A stretch of 27,240 bases of DNA from a virus. Lineage: Duplodnaviria; Caudoviricetes. This document shows, piece by piece, positions 7,563-17,596 of the stretch (position 1 is the stretch's first letter; every line of letters begins with the position of its first letter). The notes under the pieces were generated by a model. The model saw nothing but the letters and a program-made list of their open reading frames with translations. It was not told the origin of the DNA and searched no databases. Location: IMG/VR virus record IMGVR_UViG_3300012940_001080, positions 1 through 27,240 of that record; one strand, 5' to 3'. The position numbers were made by a program, and so were the translations under genes.

Positions 7563-10500
7563 CTATTTCCGTCCGAACTGCCTGTTGAGATGCTTGCGGA
7601 TCTCCTTCTCGAGCAGGACGGCGAGGCCGGGGATGTCGCGCTCACTACCGACGCTGAGGCTGCCAACTGTCACGTTCACCGAAGTGGAGAGGGCTTTTGC
7701 CGGAGCCTGGAGGACCTTCAGGTGAGGCACCATGGGCGCTATTGCCATCTGGGGCACTTTCGCCAGTGTGCTATCGCCAATGCCTCGTGTGGCCATGATG
7801 CGCGTCCAGTGGGCTATCTCCTTCAGCACGGTGATCATCTCATCGCCCTGCGCGTCGGTGATCTGGCGAAGCTGCCCAATGCTCGTCGTCCAGCCGTCGT
7901 CGAGCCCTGCGGAGGAAGCGTCCTGCTCGGCCTGGATGAAGGAGTCGAGGATGCGCTCGATCTCCTCGGGGGAGAGCTTGCCGAGGTAGGTCTGCAGGTC
8001 AGCTGCGATCGTCTTGCGGAGCTCTTCGACACGCCTGCGCCCGGCCTCCGTCGTGAGATCGAGCCCCATCGCTTCAACGAGAAGCGGTCTCAGGTCTTCG
8101 TCGATTCCCTCGACTGAGAGCAGCGATTTGATGAACTTGCGGAAAGCTTCCGGCGTCTCTTCGCCCAGGTACTTCGTCAAGAACTCGAACGAGGTCGCCG
8201 CGCCTGCCACGGTCTTCGAGTACTCACCCTGGCGGTTGATGAGCTCCTCCAGAGCAGCATCGAGGTTGCCGAAGCGCTCACCGAAGAGTTCGCGCACGGC
8301 GCGGTTGACGAGCTGCTCGGCAGAGATCTTACCCCTTCCGAGTTCTCGCACGTTATTTTTGATGATCGTGTTGAGGAGGGTGCGAAACGTCTCGGAGATG
8401 CCGGAGAACAGGGAGATGCCGCTGTCCTCGAGTCTCTGCACGAGCTCCGTCGCGGCGTCGATCGAGTTGCCGCCGCGCTGGAGGCTGCGGAGGACCTGCT
8501 GCGCTTCGAGGAGCGTGCCGCGCTGGAGGCTCGATCCGAGCTGTGGGGCCTTGAACGTCTCCTCGACAGCGCGCCGGATCTCACGGGCGCTCTCTCGGAG
8601 GGCAGCCTGGAGGCGCTTCATCTCCTCCCGTTCGGCCTTCGAGGCGCTCAGGAGGCCACCGATGACAGAGCCCAGGCCGGCGGCGACGCCGACGAAGCCC
8701 GGTAGCTGGGCGAGGATGCCTTTTGTCGAGGAGAGGCTCGTTTCATCCTCCTTCAGACGCTTCCTCGTCTCGATGAGGTCGGCCATGCTCGCGCCGGCAT
8801 CCAGAAGGCCCGTCGCCACGTCAGCAGCGGCGTCGGAGACCTTGCCCAGCGACCGCGCAAGCCCCAGGAGGCTACGCCCGGCGCCCACCAGGCTGCGGAC
8901 GCTCTCGGCCGAGTCCTTGAGTTGCTTCGGCAGGTCGTCACCCCTTCTCGCGCCTCCGATCTGGCCGGCCATCTCCTGTATGAGCGTCTGCAGGTGGTCG
9001 CGCAGTGCTCCCGGAAGCGACTCGAGATCGATCTCCTCAAGGAACTCGACGAGCTGGATGCGGAACGTCTCGGCCGCAGCGGCTGCCATCGTCTTCGAGG
9101 TCTCCTCGTCAATCAGGCTCAGGTCGGTGTTCTTACGGATGTCGGCGAGCGTCGTCTCCAGCTGCCGCATGTACGTCTGCATCTGCTGCGCGCTGGGCAG
9201 GAACGCCTTCAGGGCCTCCTCCGAGACGCCCTGCTCGAATAGTTCGTCGATGCCCCCTAGCTCGTCGATGAGCTTTCTGGCCGCTTCGGGCAGCTCCTTG
9301 TAAAGCTCGAGGTTTCTGTAGGACTGGTTGTAGTTCTCCGTGAGGTAGTCCTTCTCGGCACCCAGCAGCTGGATCAGCTCTTCGTAATCTTTGATACGAG
9401 GGTCGGACGGGCTCACCTTGCGTAGCTGCGCCACGTCCTTCTGCGCGTTCTCGATCTGCTCCTCGATGCGGTGGATCTCGCCGAGCTTACCGCGCAGTTC
9501 GTCGTAGGCGTCGAGCAGTTCCATGGCCCGTGCGAGTTCTTCGACGGTCATGATCGTGCGCTCGTCTTCGCTGCCACCCGCCGTTACAGAGGGCAGTGAT
9601 CCTCCGCCGGAGCCCTCGGACGGAGGGGCGAGCAGCTTGTTTATGCGCTCGATCTCGGCCCTAACCCGTTTGAGTCTCGCCTCTTCCTCGGCCGTGCGGC
9701 CTACGATACCGCTAAGCTGCTCCTCTACGGCCGTGAGGTAGGCAAGCTGGGTATGGTAGTTCTTGTTCATGTCGGAGTGGAGCTCGTCCTCGGCCCTGCT
9801 TGCTTCCGCGAAGATGGAATGCAGTTCGATGAAGGCGGCGATCTGCTTGCGGATTTCCGGTGTCAGGTCACCCGCGGAGAGCCCGTAGCGGCGCAGTCGT
9901 GCCACGTTCGCCGTCCCCGAGGGGTCGAGCGTGGGGTTGCCTCCGGCGTTCTGCACAGTCTGGAGATTCTGGGTCATCAAGTCGCCCAGGCCCTCCAGCG
10001 TGCCGTCGGCAATTGCCTTGTTGATCGCGTAGCGCACCTTCTCCGGCAGGCCGCCCAGCATCTTGTCGACGTCGGCCTGAAGCTCGGATACCTTGATCGT
10101 AAGCTCGAACAGTCTCTGGCCTTTCATACGGGCGTCGAGCACGTCGATATCGTCAAGGAGGTTCTTGATCTCCTTCCGGTGCTCGCGGATCTTCCGGCTC
10201 GTCTCGCCCAAGAGTTTGCCGAAGAGGTCGAACCTCGCGCTGAGAGCGACGAGTGCCGTGACAACGGCGGCGATGATGCCCGGCCATCCCCCCAGTATGG
10301 CGCTCAAGCTGCGGAACGCCTGTCCCGCCACACTTTTCACGTAGACCCCGGCTTTCTTGATGTGAAGGCCCATGCGCGCAAAGGCCCCGCTCGCCTTCTC
10401 CGCCCGACTGCCCATGAGGGCGATCACGCGGGCTCGCTCCTCGATTTGACGCCGTGTCGCGTCCGGGAACGCTTTCAAGATCTCGGCTCCGCTAAGGACA

Positions 10501-11732
10501 GTAAAGTGTTTGGCGTAGGGGTTGAGGCTCGTACCGCCGCCCGAAGATGGCTTGGGAGGCTGGTGTGTCGTGTAGAGAGGCGCGGCTCTGCCCAGCATGA
10601 CAGCCTGGGCGCGCCTGCCTGCCAGGTGCAGTGCTTCCGCGTACTTGAGCACGCCGTCCGTTAGCTCTTTGACGTTCCGGATGGCGAACTGGAGCCCCTT
10701 GAAGATGAGGAACGAGGTGCCAAGCCTGAGCAGTTCAGGGGTTAGTGGGGCGATGACCTTCGCGATGTCGACGAGCACCCGGTAGATGTCGCGCAGGACC
10801 ATCCCGGTCTCGCGCAGCGAGCGGGTCAGGCTGCCGCTCGAGTCGGCCGCATCGAGACTATCTGCGAGGCTCTGAAGGTCGCGGCCGAACTCGGCGAACG
10901 TAGGTCCGCCTACCTGGGTGAGCGCCTTGCGGAAGACCTCGGCGAAGCGGTTAGCGAGCCCCTCAGCGCTGCGGGAGTAATCCCGCAGCAGCGTCGGATA
11001 CTCCTTACGGATCGCATCCAGGAGCGCGGGGACGACCGCGTCAGCGGCCAGCTTACCCTCTTCGGTGAGCTTGCGAAGCTCGCCCGTGCTCTTGCCTAGC
11101 TCCTGGCTCAGGAGCCGCCACGCCGGAAGGCCGGCTTCCGATAGCTGGTTCATCTCTTCGGCAGCAAGACGGCCGTTGCCGGCGATCTGGCCGAGCGCCC
11201 GTCCGATGCGGTTGAATCCCTGCTGCATACCGTCGGGCGAGAGGATCGCTGCCGAGCTTATCGCCTCGAGATTCTCGAGCACGGTCTCCAGTTCTAGGCC
11301 GAAGGACGTCATCGTCTGCACGCCCTGAGCGAGCGGAGAGAAGGCCAGGCCCTTGCTCTGGGCAAACTTCTGGATCTGAGAGAGCACGCGGTCGGCTTCC
11401 CAGGCGCTGCCCGTGAGCGACGTGAACCGGACGCGCAGCTGCTCCATCTCGTTGTTGACGCCGACGAGGGCCGTGCCGAAGCGCCGGATGGTCTCGGCCG
11501 CGAAGACGGCGCCGACGAGGCGGCGCAGGGAGGTCATCGAGCGCTCGATGCGGCGGCCCGAGCGGTCCCAGGCGCGCTCCGCTTCGCGGGCTCCTTTCTT
11601 GAACGAGTCGCCGCTCTTCTTTCCGGCGTCCTTGAGGACCTTGTCGGCCTCGCGGGCCTGCTTCTCGACCGCCTTCAGGCTCTGGAGGGCCTTGCGGACG
11701 TCGATGTCGTACGTGGATTCGTATCGCGCCAT
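7563..11732 (-). CDS. Tail tape measure protein
   Basis: 1389 aa, helical and Ala/Leu-rich. Tape-measure N-terminal signature ALGQIAGNGRLAAEEMNQLSEAGLPAWRLLSQELGKSTGELRKLTEEGKL. Follows the tail tube and chaperone genes. Confidence 0.93.
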   Translation of the reverse strand: MARYESTYDIDVRKALQSLKAVEKQAREADKVLKDAGKKSGDSFKKGAREAERAWDRSGRRIERSMTSLRRLVGAVFAAETIRRFGTALVGVNNEMEQLRVRFTSLTGSAWEADRVLSQIQKFAQSKGLAFSPLAQGVQTMTSFGLELETVLENLEAISSAAILSPDGMQQGFNRIGRALGQIAGNGRLAAEEMNQLSEAGLPAWRLLSQELGKSTGELRKLTEEGKLAADAVVPALLDAIRKEYPTLLRDYSRSAEGLANRFAEVFRKALTQVGGPTFAEFGRDLQSLADSLDAADSSGSLTRSLRETGMVLRDIYRVLVDIAKVIAPLTPELLRLGTSFLIFKGLQFAIRNVKELTDGVLKYAEALHLAGRRAQAVMLGRAAPLYTTHQPPKPSSGGGTSLNPYAKHFTVLSGAEILKAFPDATRRQIEERARVIALMGSRAEKASGAFARMGLHIKKAGVYVKSVAGQAFRSLSAILGGWPGIIAAVVTALVALSARFDLFGKLLGETSRKIREHRKEIKNLLDDIDVLDARMKGQRLFELTIKVSELQADVDKMLGGLPEKVRYAINKAIADGTLEGLGDLMTQNLQTVQNAGGNPTLDPSGTANVARLRRYGLSAGDLTPEIRKQIAAFIELHSIFAEASRAEDELHSDMNKNYHTQLAYLTAVEEQLSGIVGRTAEEEARLKRVRAEIERINKLLAPPSEGSGGGSLPSVTAGGSEDERTIMTVEELARAMELLDAYDELRGKLGEIHRIEEQIENAQKDVAQLRKVSPSDPRIKDYEELIQLLGAEKDYLTENYNQSYRNLELYKELPEAARKLIDELGGIDELFEQGVSEEALKAFLPSAQQMQTYMRQLETTLADIRKNTDLSLIDEETSKTMAAAAAETFRIQLVEFLEEIDLESLPGALRDHLQTLIQEMAGQIGGARRGDDLPKQLKDSAESVRSLVGAGRSLLGLARSLGKVSDAAADVATGLLDAGASMADLIETRKRLKEDETSLSSTKGILAQLPGFVGVAAGLGSVIGGLLSASKAEREEMKRLQAALRESAREIRRAVEETFKAPQLGSSLQRGTLLEAQQVLRSLQRGGNSIDAATELVQRLEDSGISLFSGISETFRTLLNTIIKNNVRELGRGKISAEQLVNRAVRELFGERFGNLDAALEELINRQGEYSKTVAGAATSFEFLTKYLGEETPEAFRKFIKSLLSVEGIDEDLRPLLVEAMGLDLTTEAGRRRVEELRKTIAADLQTYLGKLSPEEIERILDSFIQAEQDASSAGLDDGWTTSIGQLRQITDAQGDEMITVLKEIAHWTRIMATRGIGDSTLAKVPQMAIAPMVPHLKVLQAPAKALSTSVNVTVGSLSVGSERDIPGLAVLLEKEIRKHLNRQFGRK

Positions 11733-11744
11733 CTGGTGGGGTGC

Positions 11745-12449
11745 CTATGGGGTTGTGGTCTTCATCATGCCGCGCAGGGTCTCCCAGGCCTTGCGCTGCT
11801 CGGCCTCCTTCACTCGCTTGGGCTTCTCGGTGAAGTAGCCTGTGCGCTTGTGGAGCACGGCGAAAGCCTTCTCGCGCTCGGAGTCCTTCTCGATGTAGGG
11901 AAGCCCCTTGGCGGTGATGTAGGAGAGCTCCCAGCGCGCCCGGAGCGCGTCGCACGTCGAGGCCATGAGCGTGAAGAAGGGCCAGGGGAGGGCAAGTACG
12001 GCTTCCGGTGTGAGGGAGAGGTGGTAAGCCACCTCGGCAATGTGGACGTGCCACGGGGTCTTGCGGAACTGCTCGAGCGCCTCTTCCGCCGTTAGGTGTT
12101 CTTCTTCAGTATCCAAGTCCCGGCCGTTCGGAGCGGGCGAGGCTTTCAGCTTCTCGCCTTTTGCTGAGCCCAGCGCGGCGATGTTCGTCAGGATGGTGAC
12201 GGCATGTGCAGGGGGGACACTCTCGCGCCAGAACATCCAGCGCGGTGGGAAGAGTTCGAGGTAGACCGCTCGGCAGAGCCACTTCCTTGCGACGCTGCGG
12301 ATGTCCTGAAAGGCTGCCTCGTCTCCCGAAGCGGCGTCATGAGAGAGATCGATGATGGTGAGCGCTTCCTCTACCGTCGGAGGGCGCATGCGGTAGATCT
12401 TACCCCGGACGGGAACTGCGATAGCGGCTCGGGCGCGCAGGAGATCCAT
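11745..12449 (-). CDS. Probable tail assembly chaperone
   Basis: Lies between the tail tube and tape measure genes. RGKIYRMRPPTVEE is typical of gpG-like chaperones, and the C-terminal LTPEAVLALPWPFF resembles gpT-like segments. The ATG at 12449 is preferred because the TTG at 12470 overlaps the terminator. Confidence 0.65.
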   Translation of the reverse strand: MDLLRARAAIAVPVRGKIYRMRPPTVEEALTIIDLSHDAASGDEAAFQDIRSVARKWLCRAVYLELFPPRWMFWRESVPPAHAVTILTNIAALGSAKGEKLKASPAPNGRDLDTEEEHLTAEEALEQFRKTPWHVHIAEVAYHLSLTPEAVLALPWPFFTLMASTCDALRARWELSYITAKGLPYIEKDSEREKAFAVLHKRTGYFTEKPKRVKEAEQRKAWETLRGMMKTTTP

Positions 12450-12463
12450 TGAAACTGCCCATA

Positions 12464-12500
12464 GCAACAAAGGCCAGCCAGAGAGTACCGGCTGGCCCTT
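12464..12500 (-). terminator. Probable intrinsic terminator/attenuator after the tail tube gene
   Basis: Minus strand reads GGCCAGCCGG-TACTCT-CTGGCTGGCC (stem with one G-U pair) followed by TTTGTTG. Confidence 0.6.
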
Positions 12501-12544
12501 GAGGCTTTAGTCCAGGTAGTGTTGCTACGTCGCCGAGGGTGGCT

Positions 12545-13162
12545 TTAGAGTGATGCTGCCAGGTCGGGCAGGCTCCACGTCAGGCCGAGGGCCTTCGGGC
12601 TGCCCATGAAGGCCACGCGGAACTCGACAGGGATGTCTTCGCCGGCCTGGTCCTTGGCGCGCCGTGCGCCGCGGAACTCGACCGTGTAGGAGTTAGCGTT
12701 GTCGGCGACACGACCAAAGACGATGTCGCCCAACGAAGAGGGCGCGACAGCCGGGAGCCAGATGCCGTACTGGCTGTCGACGCCCGCAGCGTAGTCGAAG
12801 TCGGGGATGATGCAAAGCGAGGGAAGCTCGACTGGCGTGAACGCCCCGCCGAAGCCGAAGGCCTTGCTGGTCGGCTCCGTGTCGCTGGTCTCCTCTTTGC
12901 CGCCGAGCACGAGCTCCTTGATCTTCTCGACCTGTATCTCGTAGAGCTCCGCCGTGACCGTCGCGGCGGCCGGGAGGGCATATACCGCATCCGCTATGAG
13001 GCCATCGCCGGTGAAGGCGTCGGAGAGTCCCATCAGGCTGATTCCGGGGTTAAACGTGACGGACTCCATCGAGCCCAGGTGAACCATGCCCGCTCCTGCG
13101 GCCTGTGTGGGGTCGCCGATGAGGATGTGCGCGGCGCCGAGTGCTACTGATTTTGCTGCCAT
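12545..13162 (-). CDS. Major tail (tube) protein
   Basis: 205 aa, acidic and beta-rich. Sits after the tail terminator gene and before the chaperone and tape measure genes. Followed by a terminator; AATAGGA lies upstream. Confidence 0.75.
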   Translation of the reverse strand: MAAKSVALGAAHILIGDPTQAAGAGMVHLGSMESVTFNPGISLMGLSDAFTGDGLIADAVYALPAAATVTAELYEIQVEKIKELVLGGKEETSDTEPTSKAFGFGGAFTPVELPSLCIIPDFDYAAGVDSQYGIWLPAVAPSSLGDIVFGRVADNANSYTVEFRGARRAKDQAGEDIPVEFRVAFMGSPKALGLTWSLPDLAASL

Positions 13163-13268
13163 GTGCTGTTGTATCCTATTGAGTTGGACCTGTATGGCGA
13201 TCTCATATCGCCTGTCGGTCTGGGGCGACCCGGATTACGGCGCCGCCTTGTAGTGGGAGGTGTGAGGG

Positions 13269-13691
13269 TTAATTATGAAGGGCAACGAGGTACGTGGCTG
13301 TGCTGGAGAAGCTGTTGGTCTTCTCGTCGTAGTATGGGGCCGAAGGCCTTGTCTGCCTGTCGATGTCGAGGTAGGCCGACCCGTGTTCGGACGAGGGGCG
13401 GAGCGCCTCCAGCACTCCGCGGAGCCGCTCGTGGGCAGCCTCCAGCAGCAGATTGGGGTCTCCGTAGCCGCAGCACTGGATCATCGCCTGAACCGGCACG
13501 AGCGTGACGCCGTGGGGCATCTCGCGCAGTGGCGTCTCAAGCTGCCGGATGACAAGGCGCGACCACCGGGTCTTGGCTGGCGGCGCGGGCAGGCGGTGCT
13601 CGTACGCCCCGTCCGTGATCTGCGCCGTTAGCACCTCGTCGGCTGCGGCAGCTTCCTTCATCGCTCTTATGATGGGGTAGATGCGCGCCAT
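13269..13691 (-). CDS. Tail terminator/completion protein (gp17/DUF3168-like)
   Basis: 140 aa, immediately upstream of the tail tube gene. The pattern IIRAMKEAAAADEVLTAQI..GAYEHRLP fits tail terminators. Confidence 0.65.
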   Translation of the reverse strand: MARIYPIIRAMKEAAAADEVLTAQITDGAYEHRLPAPPAKTRWSRLVIRQLETPLREMPHGVTLVPVQAMIQCCGYGDPNLLLEAAHERLRGVLEALRPSSEHGSAYLDIDRQTRPSAPYYDEKTNSFSSTATYLVALHN

Positions 13692-13694
13692 CTA

Positions 13695-14027
13695 CTACCT
13701 GTCCATGGCCTTCTGGATCATGTCGTGGATGAATCCGCCGTCGAAGGAGGGCATAACCGAGCGCCCTTCCATCTCCTGCACGTAAGAGGCGTGTTCAGCT
13801 GTGTTGATCTCCCTGAGGCGTACCTTGCCGCCCCAGGCGGTGATCTTGATCTCGAATGACTCGTGGAGTTCGTCTGAGCGGTCTTCCCAGCTCTGGTGCG
13901 GGTGGGCCTGGTCGAAACGTACGGCCTCTTGGCCCGCCTCCTCGAGGGCTTCCTGTACGAACTGTCTGGGGTTCATCTCCCTCCGCAGGTCGCGGACGAA
14001 CCGGGCTATGTTGGACCTGGTCGCCAT
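13695..14027 (-). CDS. HK97 gp10-like tail completion/neck protein
   Basis: WEDRSDELHESF and NTAEHASYVQ resemble the DRTG.LR.S and YA.YVE motifs of the gp10 family. Canonical position. ATG at 14027. Confidence 0.65.
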   Translation of the reverse strand: MATRSNIARFVRDLRREMNPRQFVQEALEEAGQEAVRFDQAHPHQSWEDRSDELHESFEIKITAWGGKVRLREINTAEHASYVQEMEGRSVMPSFDGGFIHDMIQKAMDR

Positions 14028-14045
14028 GTGGACGGGTAACACGAC

Positions 14046-14360
14046 CTATTCCTTTGGGACCCTGCGGGGACGAACGTAGGCCCGGGCTTCCTCGACCTCC
14101 GGCAGGTCATCTCCGTTGTTCCACTCGACACGCCAGGTCCACCAGCCAGGCTGGTCGAAGATGATCCGGTAGCTGACCTCACCACTTCCGTGAGTGATCT
14201 GCTCCGCGGAAGACGTGGTGCCGCTGGGCTTCTTCACTGTGATAGTGACATGCCACGGCTCGACGGTGGCCGGCTCGCCCGTCTTTGTCGTGATGGACGC
14301 GGTGAACGTCCTACCGTCGCCTTCGTCGATTCCCTCTGCCGGGGTGATGTCGGTAACCAT
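14046..14360 (-). CDS. Small Ig-like beta-sandwich virion protein
   Basis: 104 aa, with an Ig-like strand pattern VTITVKKPSG...G.VSY...FDQPGWWTWRVEW. Confidence 0.55.
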   Translation of the reverse strand: MVTDITPAEGIDEGDGRTFTASITTKTGEPATVEPWHVTITVKKPSGTTSSAEQITHGSGEVSYRIIFDQPGWWTWRVEWNNGDDLPEVEEARAYVRPRRVPKE

Positions 14361-14423
14361 GAGCCTGTCCTGTGGTTGGGCTATACAGGGGTCCGTTCGG
14401 AAGAGACGTCCATGCGGACGAGA

Positions 14424-14819
14424 TTACGCCGCCTGAGCGGGCTCCGTCTGAGCGGACTCAGTCCAGGTGTGGGTGGTGATGGTCACGACCTGACCGTCGT
14501 TGATGCTCGTGTTGTCGAGATTGAGGTCGCTCCCGGAGATGCCGACCGTTAAATCGGTCAGGAAGGTCGTGCCGCTGGAGTCCTTGAAGCGGGCGCTTGC
14601 TGCCTCCCCTACTCCTGGTGCGAGGCCGTGAGAGGCCGTTCCGGTGAGGTTGCTCGCCGTGGCCGCCCCATTTGAGACGGTGTAGGCATCGGCACCTATA
14701 GGGATCGAGACGAGGACCGTCGAGCCGTCTTCGTGGAGGAGTTCGAGAGAACCGCCGTTGGCCTGGGCGGCGAAGACCTGCGCCTGCGAGTTGCGGAACG
14801 CGACTGATTTGTTTGCCAT
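14424..14819 (-). CDS. Virion structural protein (probable neck/fibre attachment protein)
   Basis: 131 aa. ASARFKDSSGTTFLTDLTVGISGSDLNLDNTSINDGQVVTIT resembles a recurrent phage structural family found next to fibre genes. Confidence 0.55.
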   Translation of the reverse strand: MANKSVAFRNSQAQVFAAQANGGSLELLHEDGSTVLVSIPIGADAYTVSNGAATASNLTGTASHGLAPGVGEAASARFKDSSGTTFLTDLTVGISGSDLNLDNTSINDGQVVTITTHTWTESAQTEPAQAA

Positions 14820-14836
14820 CTGGGACTATCCCAAGG

Positions 14837-17596
14837 TTATGCGCCTGGTGAAAGCGTGTTCGTTGCGCTGAGTGAGAGGGTGATTTTGTGTGTGGCTCTG
14901 AGCGAGGGTGTGATCACCTCGGGCTTGCGGTAGACCTGGTAGCCTCTGGCCCGCTCCGGCAGGTCGCGTGCCGATCCGGAGCCCAGGATGCGTAGCATGA
15001 TGCTACCTTCCTGATCCGGTGCGGCGTCTATGAGGGCACCGTTAGCGGTGACGTAGAGGCGGCCTGTAGCGTGCGTGTGCACCGGCCTGTCCGCGCTCTC
15101 TGCCCCTCCGGTAATGCCGGTCCGGGCCTCGATCGTTGATTCTGCTTCGTGGTCCGTCTGAGCGCCTGAGCCTGAGAGCGTGACCGACCCAGAGGCTCTC
15201 GTACATTCGGCGTCATCAGCCGTGGATCCCTGGCCCGAGATCGTGTTCGGCAGCGGTGTGATGACCGTTCCGGAGGCCGCGCTCGTCTCCCTGGCGTCCA
15301 GTATGACGCTGCTACCGTAAATGCCGACGGTGCCTGCCGCATCGATGCTCTCCCTCGAATCTGTGAGCGCCCCGGCGCCCGTCAGGAGGAGAGAGCCCAT
15401 AGCGGCCGTGGATTCGGTCCTATCGGAGACGGCACCGGTGCCGGAGAGAACGGTCGGCTGCTCGCCTTCTTCCAGCCATGCGACGACCTCTGCCGCCGTG
15501 CGCCACGCCCCTGCGTTGTAGAGCCAAGCCCGGTCGCTCGCGGAGAGCTTCCGGTTGAACTTAAAGAGCTGGTCGAGCCGCCCGTCGAGCTGGAACTGGT
15601 TCGCTCCGGGGTTCTTCATGCCGATCACGAGGTCCGCCGGGCATACCTCCGTCGGGACCGTGACGGCGAATTGTTCCGTCCCCGCATCGTTGAAGCCGAT
15701 TTCGAGGACGGACGCCTCCCGGTCAAAGCCTACGAACACGGCCTGCCACGAGCCTGCAGGGATCGACCCCGTCGTCGTGAATGACTGCTGTTGGTCTTGC
15801 GTACCAATCTGGACCAGAAGCGCCCCTGTGTTCTGGAAGCGGACGGCGTACTCGAACGTAGTGTTGTCCCACGGCTTGTTGAGGATGTACGGCGCGCTCG
15901 CGAAGGAGTCTGCGTTGATGAGGAAGGCGAACTCCCACGAGCGGTCGCCCGTCCGGGTGAAGGGCCCGTCCGCTGCTACGAGGTGCTGTCGCCCCGTCCC
16001 GTTGAACTCGACGCAGCCGCCAACCTTCCCGCTCGAGTTTGCCGTAGGGTTGTTGACGGCCGAGAACGTCGTGTTGCCCGTAGCGTCCGCCGTGAGTGCC
16101 CCCGGCTCGAACTCAAGGGCGAAGGCGAGTGCGCCTTGATTCACTGCCGGTGGTGATTCCCGCTGATCCAGGAGATACCGGGTGTGGAGGAGCTGGATCT
16201 GCTCCGTTGTGAGCGCCACGCCCTGCCAGATCTCCGCCTGACCGAGCCTGCCCTTGAAACCGTAGCCGTTGGCGCTGCCGTTGATGGCGCCGATCTGGAA
16301 CGGCGCGTCTGATGCCGGCCCGAGGCTTGGCGCCCGGCCCTTCCACGCGACAGTCCCGTTTACCATGAGCTGGTATTCCGCGCCGTCCTGAGCAGTGAGC
16401 ACGAGATCGTACTTCTCTCCCGGCGTGAGGAAGACGCCTGTCGCAAGCACGCCCCCGGCGTCCCAGATCCGGACCTCGGTCGAGTTCTGTTCGAGGTAGA
16501 ACATGAACCGGAAGCCTGCTTCGTCCGGCTCGCCGCCCGGTCCGAGCCTCTTGTTGAAGATGTTCTTGTAGCTGGACGTGTCGGCGCTCGGAACGAGGTC
16601 CATCGCGCGAAGCGTGAACGTCGTGCCGGGATCCCATGTGCCGAGGCTCGCCCCGCTCTTGCCCGTCATGTAGAGGCTCTTGCGGTCGCCCTCGGTCATG
16701 AATGTGGCCCCACCGTAGACTTCCCCGTCGTGGTTTCCCATCTCGTCGGTCACGTCCTCCGCCTCGAACGTGTATCGGGCCGTCGGGTCGGGCGGCTCAG
16801 GGATCGGGGCCGGCTCGATCTCCCAGACGGCTTCGATAGTGCTGGCAAATGCCGCCGCCATGTGCGCCTCGCCCGCCGGGCTGGGGTGCGTGCCGTCGTA
16901 GAGCATCGTCTCCGGGTCGAATCCGGTCACGGGGTCTGCCACGATGACCGGGCTGTGGGCGCTCGAGACAGTGGACGGAAGGCCGTCGATGAGCTGATTG
17001 ATAGCGCCGTGCCGCTGGCTCCATGAGGCGTCACTCCGGGGTGGAATGAGCTTCGAGATGATCACCCGGACGTAGGGGTTGAACGCGCGGGCCGTGTGGA
17101 CGAGACGGACGAGGTTTGTAGCAGCCTGATCGATGAGGGAGCCGTCGCCCGGATCCTGAATGGCGTCGTTCGTCCCGGCGTGGATCAGCAGGATGTCCGG
17201 GATGTTGGCCTCGTCGTAGAGCTTTTGGAGGGCCGTTTCGAACACCGGAAGAAGCTCGTCCGTGCGGTACCCCCAGTACCCCTCGTGATCGGTGTCCCAC
17301 CCGGAGGCTGGATAACTGCCTGCGTGCGGTGCGGTTCTCGTCCCCACGAAGTCGATCTCGTGGTCCGCCGCCGTGAGAAGCTGAGAGAGTGGGTAGCGGT
17401 AGGAGTTGTGCCCGTTCGTGGCCTGCGTGATCGAGTCGCCCAGGCAGAGGAGCTTTGCCTTGATCGAGGCTCCGACCGGCGACTCTTCACCCCTGGTCAG
17501 CACAGCATAACCGTAGGGCTCGTCGCGCGAGTCCGCGGTGTCGCCCGTATGGCTTTCCGGCGCAACTGTTAACGTGTTCTTATCGGTGGGCTCCAT
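14837..17596 (-). CDS. SGNH/GDSL esterase + two LamG-like jelly-roll domains + C-terminal ~21-aa repeat shaft; probable virion fibre
   Basis: 919 aa. All four SGNH blocks are present: LGDSIT, HEGYWG, HAGTND and DGTHP. A Pro-rich linker follows. Two LamG-type ends (FKGRLGQAEIWQGVALTTEQIQLL and LDGRLDQLFKFNRKLSASDRAWLYN). About eight 21-aa repeats at the C-terminus. Confidence 0.85.
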   Translation of the reverse strand: MEPTDKNTLTVAPESHTGDTADSRDEPYGYAVLTRGEESPVGASIKAKLLCLGDSITQATNGHNSYRYPLSQLLTAADHEIDFVGTRTAPHAGSYPASGWDTDHEGYWGYRTDELLPVFETALQKLYDEANIPDILLIHAGTNDAIQDPGDGSLIDQAATNLVRLVHTARAFNPYVRVIISKLIPPRSDASWSQRHGAINQLIDGLPSTVSSAHSPVIVADPVTGFDPETMLYDGTHPSPAGEAHMAAAFASTIEAVWEIEPAPIPEPPDPTARYTFEAEDVTDEMGNHDGEVYGGATFMTEGDRKSLYMTGKSGASLGTWDPGTTFTLRAMDLVPSADTSSYKNIFNKRLGPGGEPDEAGFRFMFYLEQNSTEVRIWDAGGVLATGVFLTPGEKYDLVLTAQDGAEYQLMVNGTVAWKGRAPSLGPASDAPFQIGAINGSANGYGFKGRLGQAEIWQGVALTTEQIQLLHTRYLLDQRESPPAVNQGALAFALEFEPGALTADATGNTTFSAVNNPTANSSGKVGGCVEFNGTGRQHLVAADGPFTRTGDRSWEFAFLINADSFASAPYILNKPWDNTTFEYAVRFQNTGALLVQIGTQDQQQSFTTTGSIPAGSWQAVFVGFDREASVLEIGFNDAGTEQFAVTVPTEVCPADLVIGMKNPGANQFQLDGRLDQLFKFNRKLSASDRAWLYNAGAWRTAAEVVAWLEEGEQPTVLSGTGAVSDRTESTAAMGSLLLTGAGALTDSRESIDAAGTVGIYGSSVILDARETSAASGTVITPLPNTISGQGSTADDAECTRASGSVTLSGSGAQTDHEAESTIEARTGITGGAESADRPVHTHATGRLYVTANGALIDAAPDQEGSIMLRILGSGSARDLPERARGYQVYRKPEVITPSLRATHKITLSLSATNTLSPGA

